25,567 nt of DNA from a virus (lineage: Duplodnaviria; Caudoviricetes). Shown in pieces: positions 17,201 to 25,192 of this stretch. The translations under genes were made by a program, and so were the position numbers. The stretch is from IMG/VR virus record IMGVR_UViG_3300017910_000198, positions 1 through 25,567 of that record; one strand, written 5' to 3'. The notes under the pieces are model-generated. The model searched no databases. It had not been told where the DNA came from and saw only the letters and a program-made list of their open reading frames with translations. How positions within the stretch are numbered: position 1 is the first letter of the stretch; every line of letters starts with the position of its first letter.

Positions 17201-19019
17201 TGTATGCGTGTAAAGCTCCAAGAACATCAGAGTTTAGAAACTCTTCAAAGTCTGAATCATTTCCGATAGTATTAATTTTACGTTTAGCTGAAAAGAAATA
17301 ACCAGAAGAAGTACCGCTGTCTACTTGGTTCTTAACGTCTAGCATATTTGCTACAGTGCGCTTAGCTTCTGCTTTGCTCATACCTGCTTTAGTTACAAAC
17401 AAGTCTACAAGCTTATTAGGATTCTTTTCAACAGCACTACGACTCCACATACGAGGAATGTAGTTTTCTACTAGCTTATCAATAACGCCAATATCATTTA
17501 GGGCATCACCCATTTCAGCGTATAAGGCTTTGATTTCAGTTGCGGAGATAGTGATAGCTTCATTTACTTCTTTACTAAACTGGTCATGGTAAATAGGCTT
17601 TTCACTTCTCATGCTTTTAGACAGAGCATCGTTTATGTCTGTAGCAAGCTTAGTGTCAATCTCACTCAGAGAAAGATGATTTACAATGCTACGGAATCTT
17701 TCATTTATCTTGCCAGTAACTTCACGCTGAACTTCTGAAACGTCTTTTTCTACAACGTCTTTCTGAACTTTGTAATCAACGCCAAACTCGTGGCTAAGCT
17801 TTTGTTGAAGCTGTCGGGCTGTGCCAGAGAACTTAACGATAGGCGATAGAACGCCTGCAGCTTTACCAAAGAAGTTGCCTGACAGGTTAGCTGATAGTTG
17901 GAATAAACCTTGTTTAATTCTATTGGTTTGACCCTCAACAGTTTCTTCGGCATCAGCAGCAGCTCGAATGATTGCTCTGATTTCTTTCTGTGTTTTTTCA
18001 CCACCGCCTAAGTCTTCAGCAAACTTGTTAATAACATCGTCTAGCTGTTCATCTATGTCATTAACGCCTTTTACAGTGGTTGTCTCACCAGTAAGTCTAG
18101 CAGCTTCATCGACCAAAGTCCCACCAGAAGCAGGAATAAACTCGCCCTCTAGTGCTTCGTCAAAAGCTTCACTAGCTTCGGAAACAGACAGCTCTTTAGA
18201 ACTGGCATTGCCGTTCTTAAAGTATTTGTTAGCAATTGCTGAGCCTGCTTTGTATAGACCAAAACCTGCAGCACCGCCTATAACAGTGCCTAACGCAGTT
18301 TCGCCTACACTATACTCGTCACGTATATCAGCAGCTAAATCAAGCTCCTGCATTGCGTGTGTGCCTGCTGTGCCGTATGTAGAACCAATCAGCGTAGAAG
18401 CCGTCAAAGGATTTTTAGCAGCAGCAGCGGAAGTAGCCCTAACTGCGTTCATAAGGGTTCTACCTGCAGCATATTGAGCTGACTTACGAGCAGCAATACT
18501 AGCTGCGGAAGAAGCACCTAAGTTTGTAGTACCTGATAAGATACCGCCTAAAGTTAATAGGTTTTCAGGGTTGAACACAACGTCAGCACCGATGTCTCCA
18601 ACGGCTTGCATTGTTTCACCAAAGCCACTAACTTCTGCATTGCCCCAACGAGCTTTCATAACTCGGAATGCTTGTTTAACGTGCTCTGGAGCATCTTCTA
18701 GTGCGTTAGCTAAAGCAAGCGGAGCACCTAGACGATACTCTAAGTCACGCATATATTCGGTGGGGTCATCAGTTTGACCTGTTGCAGCTTGGTCAACTAA
18801 ATAGCTTCCTACTCCCTGTACTTCGGCTAAATAGTCTGTAAGAGTTTCAAAACTAGATAAAACAATTTCATCATTTTCAAAGTCTTTGATTGTGTAGTTG
18901 TCGGGAGTTCTTAGATTTACTTTACTTTCTCTAATTACTCTTTCTTCACCAATGCCTGCTGTGTAACGCTCAGGGCCAGTTAGCTCAGGATACAATGTAT
19001 CTGTAGTATTGTCTTCCAT
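11268..19019 (-). CDS. Giant (2583 aa) multidomain internal virion/ejection protein (polyvalent-type)
   Basis: N-terminal ~1075 aa resembles podovirus large internal virion proteins (G/A-rich hydrophobic segments, ENYIPRMW, FQLLSYP); then ART-PolyVal-like, EIQSD and LysM modules; last of the ejection-type genes. Confidence 0.8.
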   Translation of the reverse strand: MEDNTTDTLYPELTGPERYTAGIGEERVIRESKVNLRTPDNYTIKDFENDEIVLSSFETLTDYLAEVQGVGSYLVDQAATGQTDDPTEYMRDLEYRLGAPLALANALEDAPEHVKQAFRVMKARWGNAEVSGFGETMQAVGDIGADVVFNPENLLTLGGILSGTTNLGASSAASIAARKSAQYAAGRTLMNAVRATSAAAAKNPLTASTLIGSTYGTAGTHAMQELDLAADIRDEYSVGETALGTVIGGAAGFGLYKAGSAIANKYFKNGNASSKELSVSEASEAFDEALEGEFIPASGGTLVDEAARLTGETTTVKGVNDIDEQLDDVINKFAEDLGGGEKTQKEIRAIIRAAADAEETVEGQTNRIKQGLFQLSANLSGNFFGKAAGVLSPIVKFSGTARQLQQKLSHEFGVDYKVQKDVVEKDVSEVQREVTGKINERFRSIVNHLSLSEIDTKLATDINDALSKSMRSEKPIYHDQFSKEVNEAITISATEIKALYAEMGDALNDIGVIDKLVENYIPRMWSRSAVEKNPNKLVDLFVTKAGMSKAEAKRTVANMLDVKNQVDSGTSSGYFFSAKRKINTIGNDSDFEEFLNSDVLGALHAYTYQYGKSIAKHRVLGVRNADEFNKFYINRIEKELADKGETMTPKMRRQIENLYRTATGEGVDRYGRGAQTAVDTYSFANRVALLGLATLSSLTEVFINISKAGVVNSVKGFGEALSMSHKKITSGMQKKLMDENGLTANEALAEMRNFSIHVDQALAQVGDRLAGDELVSEGLQTASNKFFRITLLDQWTKFVQNVSFSSGKNLIDDNIKKLATRYPNRVLDGDGEVLAGELAELGIDWQKAVDWHNAGAKLDDDFYKSDFLGGAARYTNGVILQPTALSGVKPLLFSNPKTAVLFQLLSYPAAFTNTILKGATKSLIKAPKRNAPKILAAGAIMTGMARWTNYVRTGGENERGKTEWEITKEAIARWGGNGLLLDSLKRAQTAAKYSKSNLAYATLPFGPAASDGLSLIQQGIIPTVGYKIPLVSGTYFGKQILGEDYVKNYRRNLKKAQNDVFGGFIPEFEKAQPIDKYNKGGVVLATKAIDALMGKKTPKPEDGFTYGNIISEKLLQMTDGKIDSKLIDEAAQKIDSDISAANATGEIKFNDFDLEELKEANLINLMESSPEKSAKASKLAEERRIYDEPNAVKRERLMFEIQEEAGFSSDHIKAIETIIDLDTNAQNPQIAAMVMNPEIMTIKAMNKKLSIDLTAAEKEAAKKVKFDEKSLDYLHNILNKELKTSFPMLSDKGAFEVARDAMLKLASKNEINFEKFKAPKMDSPRTQRNVLSPEQRKDAQVKFTADSENKDLIYRVVSSYQDADFNVSFLFPRETGTHVGSKGNIDMIMVRDMANELSNNDPAKTEKLMRQFVGVNAKPKPNAYNNFFNFVSQQIGKDGASIRPYTVEQGYINVKKPLVVEDDMGSWRVESILLDFNDSAQKVKDAIKANGVEITAKVNKQFDKFYERAVELQPFINQKSYDNVLQKVETDMKRAELNLDFQSFLKELGFDSVKYRNTAEPSYQGESPYSYILFEPEQFKSVASQAFDSSDRRSGFNIGGVVAKAFAPKLASGFYSPAHKAALEIQGVKPRAGQSIINDMKKKGVSDEELDYTGITERFGNNKPVTKEEVLRHFDEQNFDLEVQTGRVRHKDDYDNVSDDMLLDDAEDLMDADEKAFWEWAEENYPYEVDAFDDLTGEGAEAFEDWYTTRFSEFQNKVGLSDFDANPVHLNYSFDGQNTQNYRELVFTLPQKFRKTDVDYEHEHFKGVKNPLLHLRLSDITPTAKADKAEKVLLIDEIQSDASQAISRGGERYTAAQSKTYNELMARHTELELEISDLTKAQNKDLNIKRGLGKERAEEFRARFMRLEELKQERQGMADEIMDLAIERQMGVPDLPYMNERRWGLQGLRKAMMVAAEEGYDRVAIVTGEMQAIRNNKMGAVNEVVLFSRQNMKDGSPSGFGLQGRRTDDEFSDFIMNFETMEELEAKLPKIIGDKNAKDLLASTPDSDGDYVLKRNMKFKEGGQKFFDFYDKTLIKHLNKKFAKKYGVEITKEMYDRGDGTVELPTIKLTEKMREDILKGMPMFAEGGYVIQQGDTLTKIAEEQGMTVQEIADINNIKNVDLIYAGDTLSFEKPIQSAISQQAEIVAKSEPIELPTTEMFDGAVEATKELGEAVKETAENVSKNVQSTVSETISKTTSALRRILGSKSSTQDNSKKPEIELKEPPKKSGKSFRERLAALKLPSFGGQGRTAENMSGALRKEESDLSGFTNFIDGVLSADFSSEGRVAQNTAGTTGDTGGLEQIGEIADTVAEKTSEFVDTAKEASTKGMIFVGNIGGSIAQKTGEIVDTVKEEIVTLKEETIPPILRETKRKLRAGVNIMPENAVQFTRYMLGNKLGLDMEVPDVRVEGFGTAQQDVLRTAVENAMARGSTSVQYRDYPLMKDGTPPAEFYRGQREDQDLVDLALTSLTDPSFEMFTTVGAFNFKDLGDGKYQVLPDKYDFDSAKSDRTKDAKDKYGELVHAAQDVSNDPEKQFTFNISGVLM
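12507..12635 (-). other. LysM peptidoglycan-binding domain within the giant protein
   Basis: YVIQQGDTLTKIAEEQGMTVQEIADINNIKNVDLIYAGDTLSF matches the LysM consensus. Confidence 0.93.
14241..14980 (-). other. ADP-ribosyltransferase-like (ART-PolyVal-type) domain within the giant protein
   Basis: LIYR...GTHVGS...GYINVKKPL...D.GSW...GFDSVKYRN..E...SYILFEPEQFKS....FD. Confidence 0.65.
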
Positions 19020-19041
19020 TAATAAGTTACCTTTTATCTGA

Positions 19042-20967
19042 TTAGGCTTCTGGATAGTAAGTGGTCATGTACTCTTTTAAGAAAGCTTCATATTCATCTC
19101 GTGCTTCCTTAGTTATTTTTGCATAGACTTCTTTACCCTGATTTGTTGCAAAATATTTAGACTCGTATTTTTCTTGTTTTTCTACCATTTTATCTGCTTT
19201 CTCAGCTAATCTTTCAAGCTTCATAAAAGCACTTGCATGGTCGCCAGTAGACCTTCCTCTTTTACCTGTTAGTTTTTCAGGTCGAGGGACAGTAGCTAAA
19301 CTTTCTACAGCACTCAAGTCTTCAGTTACAACTTCTCCAGTTTCATTAGTTTCAGTTTCAGTTGATTTTTTTACAGCCTCACCGCCTTCTCGATATTTAA
19401 ACCCTTTAATAAATTCGGCTAAGCTTTGTCCTTTTTTGGGGCTTTTACCAGAGTCGATTGCTGCTAAAACTCTACTCATGTCTGCAATAGCAAGTTGTCT
19501 ACCTAGTGTTTGAGATACAGGCGTTCCGTTTGATGTAGTACCTTGAAAGTAATCCATACCTAAAAATTTATCCATAAACCCCTGTCTTTCAGAAACATCC
19601 ATCAATGATAAGCTATGATATAGTTCTTCTTTATCATCTAGAAGATAGGCGATAACATTTTGTCTTTCTTTAATTACGCCTTGAGCTTGCATTTCATCTG
19701 CAATAAACATAGTTTCAATAATGTTTCCTGCTACTGAGGGTAGAGTAACATTCTTGCGTTCTTTGTTGTCTTCTAAGTAGTCATCTATTAGTTTCAATTG
19801 AATTTTTGCACCTGATTCATAGTCAGGAACAATTCCGTTATTATATAGAATCGTAGCAGCAGCAGTAACACTTGCTGCAATTTCCTTCTCAAACTTCAAA
19901 GAATCCTGTGCAGCTACAACATCATCATCGTGTCGGTTGTTTGTGATTTCTTTAATGCTTTCACGAATATTAGAATAATAAGGACTTTGGTTGTATTGAG
20001 TAGCACCAAACTCAGCCTTATCTTCATTCAATATTCTAGCAGATAAAATCTTATGTTTTTGTGATAGATTAACATCGGTTTGAGTTTTAGCTTTAGTTCC
20101 GTTAAGGGCATCGTGAGATATATAATGTATAGTATTTCCAGTTTGAGCTTTCAACATTTGTGTTTCGGTTTTGTCACCAAACATATTTGTTTCTGTAACT
20201 TTATAACCTTCACCGATTATTTTTGTTTGAGGCTTACCTAAATCAACACGCTCTTTGTTTTGCTCAGCTAAGTACGTTGATAGACTGGCGTTTCGGGTAA
20301 TTGCATAAGCATCTTGATAGCCCTTGATAGTTTTAGCATCATCAACATACAGAGTAACTTCTCCGATAGCCTTGTCCATTTGACCTAAGCCTGATTCACC
20401 TAAGTTGTCTACGCCAATAATTCTACGAATATCACCTATGAAAGAAGCTTCTTTTTTAACTCTTTGGTCAATGTAGCTATTGTAATTCTCCATGTTGCCT
20501 GTGCTATTGTAGCTTTTATGTGCTGCTTCCCTGTCCTCAAAAGCTTTTTTATACTCAGGCAGATAACCCTTAATCATTTTAGCTTTTAGAGTTTGAAAGT
20601 TGCTTTCGTTATAAGTTCCTTGTGCTCCATACATATTTCTAAGCTGAGCATCCATAAGCTTATCTACTTGGTTGTAGTAGTAAGTGTCTCGCCCTACTTT
20701 ATCTGCTTCTAAAATCTCCGTAGCAAATGCTTTATGTTTATCATTCACATTTTGCATCAGAAGTTTATTAGCTACAACATCTTCATTTTGCATTAGCCTG
20801 TTTTGTTTTTCTGCATAAATATCTGTAAAAACGCTTTTACCGATATTCACAGCCATGTTAGTCCACTCTTTTTTACGAGCATCTTTTTCGGCTTGCTTTC
20901 TCAGTTTATCGTTTCTATCACGAATATCTGATAAAAGGCTTTCACCATACGCTATTGAGTCTACCAT
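19042..20967 (-). CDS. Putative internal virion (ejection) protein, 641 aa
   Basis: Position between ejection-type genes; helical, charged sequence; no recognisable catalytic motif. Confidence 0.6.
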   Translation of the reverse strand: MVDSIAYGESLLSDIRDRNDKLRKQAEKDARKKEWTNMAVNIGKSVFTDIYAEKQNRLMQNEDVVANKLLMQNVNDKHKAFATEILEADKVGRDTYYYNQVDKLMDAQLRNMYGAQGTYNESNFQTLKAKMIKGYLPEYKKAFEDREAAHKSYNSTGNMENYNSYIDQRVKKEASFIGDIRRIIGVDNLGESGLGQMDKAIGEVTLYVDDAKTIKGYQDAYAITRNASLSTYLAEQNKERVDLGKPQTKIIGEGYKVTETNMFGDKTETQMLKAQTGNTIHYISHDALNGTKAKTQTDVNLSQKHKILSARILNEDKAEFGATQYNQSPYYSNIRESIKEITNNRHDDDVVAAQDSLKFEKEIAASVTAAATILYNNGIVPDYESGAKIQLKLIDDYLEDNKERKNVTLPSVAGNIIETMFIADEMQAQGVIKERQNVIAYLLDDKEELYHSLSLMDVSERQGFMDKFLGMDYFQGTTSNGTPVSQTLGRQLAIADMSRVLAAIDSGKSPKKGQSLAEFIKGFKYREGGEAVKKSTETETNETGEVVTEDLSAVESLATVPRPEKLTGKRGRSTGDHASAFMKLERLAEKADKMVEKQEKYESKYFATNQGKEVYAKITKEARDEYEAFLKEYMTTYYPEA

Positions 20968-20972
20968 GTTTT

Positions 20973-21551
20973 CTATCCTGTAGGTTGTGCCATAAGGCTA
21001 GGGTTTTCTGGAGTAGGCGCTTCTTCTTCTTGAGGCTTTTCTAGCAAGCTGATTTCGGGAAGTTCCTGCATTTTTTCTTTCATGTCTGGAGTAATCACAC
21101 CAGTAGTTTCACCAGTTTGGGCAACAGTACGCATCTTATTCATCATGTCTTCTTGCATATTAGCACCGAAAACGTCACCCTCTTCTTCTTCGTTGTCTAT
21201 CTTAATATCTAAATCTAATCGTTCAGCAAGTGCAATTAGCATATAAGCTAAAGGCTCTGCAAGCATTAGCATCAAATCAGGATTCCACATTCCATCTTGG
21301 AAGTGTTCAAACAAAATAACTTCTACGATTGTCATAACTGGAACGCCTTTACTAATGCCCATCATCAAGGCTTCGTATCGTTGTTCATCTTCAGTTAAGT
21401 AATCCCACAAATATAAAGAAGCCTCGTGAACATTTACAAACTGAGGAGGCTGCTCATAGGGGGCAGGGTTATCAGGATTGTTTGTTAAAGACATACCTGC
21501 GATAGGTCTATCCATTTTTGAAACTTCTTGCAAGTAATCTTCTTCATTCAT
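20973..21551 (-). CDS. Acidic virion-module protein, 192 aa
   Basis: PIAGMSLT..P....PYEQPPQF and WNPDLMLML patterns; TAATG-coupled to the upstream gene. Confidence 0.7.
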   Translation of the reverse strand: MNEEDYLQEVSKMDRPIAGMSLTNNPDNPAPYEQPPQFVNVHEASLYLWDYLTEDEQRYEALMMGISKGVPVMTIVEVILFEHFQDGMWNPDLMLMLAEPLAYMLIALAERLDLDIKIDNEEEEGDVFGANMQEDMMNKMRTVAQTGETTGVITPDMKEKMQELPEISLLEKPQEEEAPTPENPSLMAQPTG

Positions 21552-22732
21552 TATACTGTACCTCCAATGCCTCTAGACATTGTTTGCAAATAAAAGTTTG
21601 CCCCTGCTCCAAAAGGTGCTTGGTCGTAATAGCCACCACCAGACAATTGTACTTGCATAGCTCTATCGTTAATGTCGGGAGAAGCATAAGACCCTGCAGG
21701 CATCATATCGAACGATGGAACATAGGCGTTATATTGAATAGGTGCTACAGGCTTTTCTTCTAATCCTGCAGCTTGCATAGCTTTAGTTTCAAGAGCATCA
21801 GTAGTTCTGTCACCTAAGTTTTCTGCTAATGTTGTTGGAGCTTCTTGTACTTCTTTCACAACACCTTCAACAAATTTCTTAGGAGCTTCTTTAATACCAG
21901 TTACAAGTTTATCCACTAAAGTTGGTTCTGGTGTAGTTCCTAATTGCGTAGCAGTTTTACTTGCGCCTGCTGCTAAATCTTTATCAAATGCTGTTTGATT
22001 AAATCCTGAAGCATCAATCTTTTGTGGGTCAATTTTAAGAGCATCGTCAAATGCTTTCTGATTAAATCCTGAAGCATCCATTTTTGGGTCAGCCAATAAG
22101 CTTTTATCGCTAGTCACTTCAGGAACTTTTTTAAGGTCTGCTTTAACATCTGCTTTGACATCTGTCTTAATGTCCATTTTTTCTCCACCTGCCTGAACAT
22201 CACCTGTAGGTGTAACGGAGCTAGTGCCTGCAATGTTAGTTTCAAATGCTGCCATAACCTCGCCTGCTCTAGTTGATACAGCTTCCTGTGTAGCTTTCCA
22301 AGCCTGTCCAAAAGTTTTACTTTCAATGCCAGTTTTAATTCCTACCTTTTCTAACGCAGCACCAGTAAACTCTCTTACAAAAGTTGAAACGCCATCTGTA
22401 ACAGTTCGGAATGCGGAGTGTCCTGCTTTAGCAAACTTAGCACCTGCTTCAAGAATTTTACCTGCACCTTTCACAAGGACATTGCTACTAGCTGTCATCT
22501 TACCAATTCCTGTGCCGATAGCTTTACCTACAGCACCACCGATTTGGCCTAACACCTTTCCCATCACAGCCCCGATAGGTGTGAACATAAGAGCTAGTTG
22601 ACCTACAATGCCAATCTTGCCCATGAACTTGCCTATCTTTTTAAAAGCTGACTTGATTCCTTTGCCGATGCTTTTGAAAGCAGTCTTAATGCCCTTCTTA
22701 ATTTTTTTAAATACTTTACTAAAAAATCCCAT
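21551..22732 (-). CDS. Putative membrane-penetrating ejection/pilot protein, 393 aa
   Basis: Cationic amphipathic N-terminus followed by a G-rich hydrophobic segment. Confidence 0.6.
   Translation of the reverse strand: MGFFSKVFKKIKKGIKTAFKSIGKGIKSAFKKIGKFMGKIGIVGQLALMFTPIGAVMGKVLGQIGGAVGKAIGTGIGKMTASSNVLVKGAGKILEAGAKFAKAGHSAFRTVTDGVSTFVREFTGAALEKVGIKTGIESKTFGQAWKATQEAVSTRAGEVMAAFETNIAGTSSVTPTGDVQAGGEKMDIKTDVKADVKADLKKVPEVTSDKSLLADPKMDASGFNQKAFDDALKIDPQKIDASGFNQTAFDKDLAAGASKTATQLGTTPEPTLVDKLVTGIKEAPKKFVEGVVKEVQEAPTTLAENLGDRTTDALETKAMQAAGLEEKPVAPIQYNAYVPSFDMMPAGSYASPDINDRAMQVQLSGGGYYDQAPFGAGANFYLQTMSRGIGGTV
21984..22078. repeat. Tandem duplication, 32-nt core with 63-nt period (DASGFNQxAFD twice)
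   Basis: 21984-22015 and 22047-22078 match at 30 of 32 positions. Confidence 0.9.
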
Positions 22733-22744
22733 TTTGAATACCCT

Positions 22745-24976
22745 TTAAGTTGCTCTGTCTAATGCAGCAGATAGTGTGCTTATAAATGTTGTTGTGTCGT
22801 TTTTGTTTTTAAACACCGCTTCGTTACCAATTGCTGTAGCAAGCATCTGAGCCATACGTTGTCTTTCACTTTCGTAGTTTAAACGTACATAAGCAGCTTC
22901 GTCACGCAATTGTTGCCAGAGTTGTGTTTGTTGTTGACTTGTTAGGTTGTACGCAATTTGAGCGTTCTGTTGGTTAGCTGAGTTTTGAGCAGCAGTATTA
23001 GCTAGGTTAGCTTGTCTACGCCACTGAACATTAGACTGTTCAACAGCCTGTGCATTTGCAGCATTCCACTGGTCACGCTGAAAGTCTTGTTGCTCATTAA
23101 ACTTCTCAACATCTACAGCGAGTTGAGCTTGGAACTGAGCAGCTTGTAACTCATTGCCTGCTTCTATAGCAGCTTGTCTGTTCTTTGCTGTAGCGTTGAA
23201 CTGGTCACGAGCAGAATTAGCTGAAGCATTGTACTGGTCTATTTGAGCAGACAGTGATGCCATAAACTGTTCAGTTTGCTGTTCATTCATAGCAGAGAAC
23301 TGTCGAGCAGCGTTATCGGCAGCTTGGTTAGTCAACAGTGCTTGCTGTCGTTGCTGAGCCGTAAGAATATTAGACTGCTGTTCATTGCTTAAATTAGTCA
23401 TATCCATTTGCAAGAACGCTTGAGCATTTTGAACTGCAAGCTTAGTATTCTTGTCTAAGTTTGCTACATCTAGGTTAGCCATTGCAGTAGCGTTTTGCAT
23501 TGCAGCTTGTTGGTCAGCACTAAACTGAGTTGCTGTCATGCTCTGCATAAACTTACTATTAGCTAAAGCAACTTGCTGTTCTGCATTGAATGTAGTCAAG
23601 TCAAAGTTAGCACTGGTCATTGCATTTTGTATTGCTGCTTTCTGGTCTACAGTAAGTTGAGCCTGATTCATGTCAGCAGCTATCTTGCCTTCAAGCAAGT
23701 TAGTTTGCATTCTAGCATTTAAGTTAGCCAACTCTGTTTGCTGTGCATTGCTAAGATTTTCAGAAGCAGCTTGATTTCTAGCAGTAAGATTAGCCAGTCG
23801 CATCTGTTGGTCGTTGCTAAGATTAGCCAAGTCCATCTGCTGTTTGAAAGCTGCGTTCTTAGATAAGAAGTCGGCTGCAATTTGCTTATCTTGTGCAGTA
23901 GCACTTTGGATAGCTTGAGCATTACTTTGTGCAATTGGTAATGCACTTTGAATGATTGCATTAAACAGAGAGTCTCTGCCCACAGTAGAAGCACTCATAC
24001 CACGCCTAGCTAAGTTAGCTTCAACTTTAGCGAGAGCAGGTCTAGCCCATGTAGGTACTTCACCATCTTCCATGCCTGCCATCAGCGATTCCATCTGAGC
24101 ACTTACAAGAGCTTCTTCGGGCAGTCCAGAAAGAGTAGTCTTAATATCTTCTGGCAGATTTTCCATTTCTTCTGCAACCAACTCTGGATTATCTGCAAGA
24201 CGTTGTGCAATCTCAGCATCTTTAAGACCTTGAGATTTTAGATTCTGTATTACTTTATTTTTACTGATTGTACGCTTTTGAAGTTGGTCAGCTTCGTACA
24301 TACTCATAATCTGAGCAGCTTCGCCATCTGGAGCAGGTTCGCCTGTAATGGCTTCACGCTCTTTAACTTCTGCTTCTTTAGTAGCCTGTACCTCAGTTTT
24401 CTTGCCAGTTATCTGACCTACAAAAGATTCTTCGCTAGGCTTTAGTTCTGCTGTTTCTGCCATAGCTTCTTGTTCAGCCTGAGTATCTCGTTGGGCTGCA
24501 ACAGCTTCTTGAGTCAGTGTAGCATCTTGTTGCTCAGCCAAAGCCTCTTGAGAGACTTCACCTTGAGCAGCTTCAACATCTTGAGCCTGTACTTGCGTAG
24601 CATCGTATTGTGCTGCTGTAGTTTGCTCAGGAGCAGCTACTTGCCCTGCTTCTCCTTGCAAAGCAGTTGCACCCATGTCAGGAGCTTCAACAGTTTGTTG
24701 AGACACTTGTCCTGCAGGGTCAAGAGTTTGTGTGTCTGAAGCTAATGTAATAGTACCTGTACGTGGGTCTGTACTGGTTCTCTGTGCATACATTCTAGGT
24801 ACAACTAAATCTGGAGCATCTTGCTCAATACTTATTGGTGCTCCTGCAGCATTAGTAGTAATAGTTGACTTAGGAGTCTCTTCAGTTTTAACTTTAGCTG
24901 ATTTTGGAGTACCATAAGTTTGTTTTTGTACTGTAGCTCCTACACGCCTGCCCTGTTTGAGTGGTGGTCTTGCCAT
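22745..24976 (-). CDS. Q/N/A-rich long coiled-coil virion protein, 743 aa (candidate DNA ejection tube)
   Basis: Low-complexity A/E/Q/T N-terminal region, central VPTWARPA...RRGMSASTVG segment, then an 11-residue repeat region. Confidence 0.7.
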   Translation of the reverse strand: MARPPLKQGRRVGATVQKQTYGTPKSAKVKTEETPKSTITTNAAGAPISIEQDAPDLVVPRMYAQRTSTDPRTGTITLASDTQTLDPAGQVSQQTVEAPDMGATALQGEAGQVAAPEQTTAAQYDATQVQAQDVEAAQGEVSQEALAEQQDATLTQEAVAAQRDTQAEQEAMAETAELKPSEESFVGQITGKKTEVQATKEAEVKEREAITGEPAPDGEAAQIMSMYEADQLQKRTISKNKVIQNLKSQGLKDAEIAQRLADNPELVAEEMENLPEDIKTTLSGLPEEALVSAQMESLMAGMEDGEVPTWARPALAKVEANLARRGMSASTVGRDSLFNAIIQSALPIAQSNAQAIQSATAQDKQIAADFLSKNAAFKQQMDLANLSNDQQMRLANLTARNQAASENLSNAQQTELANLNARMQTNLLEGKIAADMNQAQLTVDQKAAIQNAMTSANFDLTTFNAEQQVALANSKFMQSMTATQFSADQQAAMQNATAMANLDVANLDKNTKLAVQNAQAFLQMDMTNLSNEQQSNILTAQQRQQALLTNQAADNAARQFSAMNEQQTEQFMASLSAQIDQYNASANSARDQFNATAKNRQAAIEAGNELQAAQFQAQLAVDVEKFNEQQDFQRDQWNAANAQAVEQSNVQWRRQANLANTAAQNSANQQNAQIAYNLTSQQQTQLWQQLRDEAAYVRLNYESERQRMAQMLATAIGNEAVFKNKNDTTTFISTLSAALDRAT
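22952..23842 (-). repeat. 27 consecutive 11-residue (hendecad) protein repeats
   Basis: Unbroken register from QQMDLANLSND to NSANQQNAQIA; Asn at position 7 in 18 of 27 units. Confidence 0.85.
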
Positions 24977-24979
24977 TAT

Positions 24980-25177
24980 TTATTCCCCTGTTTTGCCTGT
25001 GGACTTGCCTAACAGTCCTTGAACAGTTTGGCTTTCGTATATACGCAACCCTAACCATATAATTGTAAGTAATGAAGCTATGGGTGGCAACCAAGCAACT
25101 AGGCTTAGTACGCCTGTACTGGCTGCTGCAACATCCATTACTTGTTTAGTTTCTTCTTCAATGTCGCTTAGTTGCAC
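24980..25177 (-). CDS. Small membrane protein (holin-like), 65 aa
   Basis: AGGAGG upstream of a GTG start; hydrophobic TGVLSLVAWLPPIASLLTIIWLGLRIYE. Confidence 0.7.
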   Translation of the reverse strand: MQLSDIEEETKQVMDVAAASTGVLSLVAWLPPIASLLTIIWLGLRIYESQTVQGLLGKSTGKTGE

Positions 25178-25192
25178 TTTGCGCCTCCTGAA

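Noticed and set aside
891-24917. Many antisense or alternate-frame ORFs in the track (e.g. 891-1295 -, 5700-6062 -, 17968-18477 +, 22224-22601 +)
   Set aside because: They lie within well-supported genes and show no recognisable motifs; treated as shadow ORFs.
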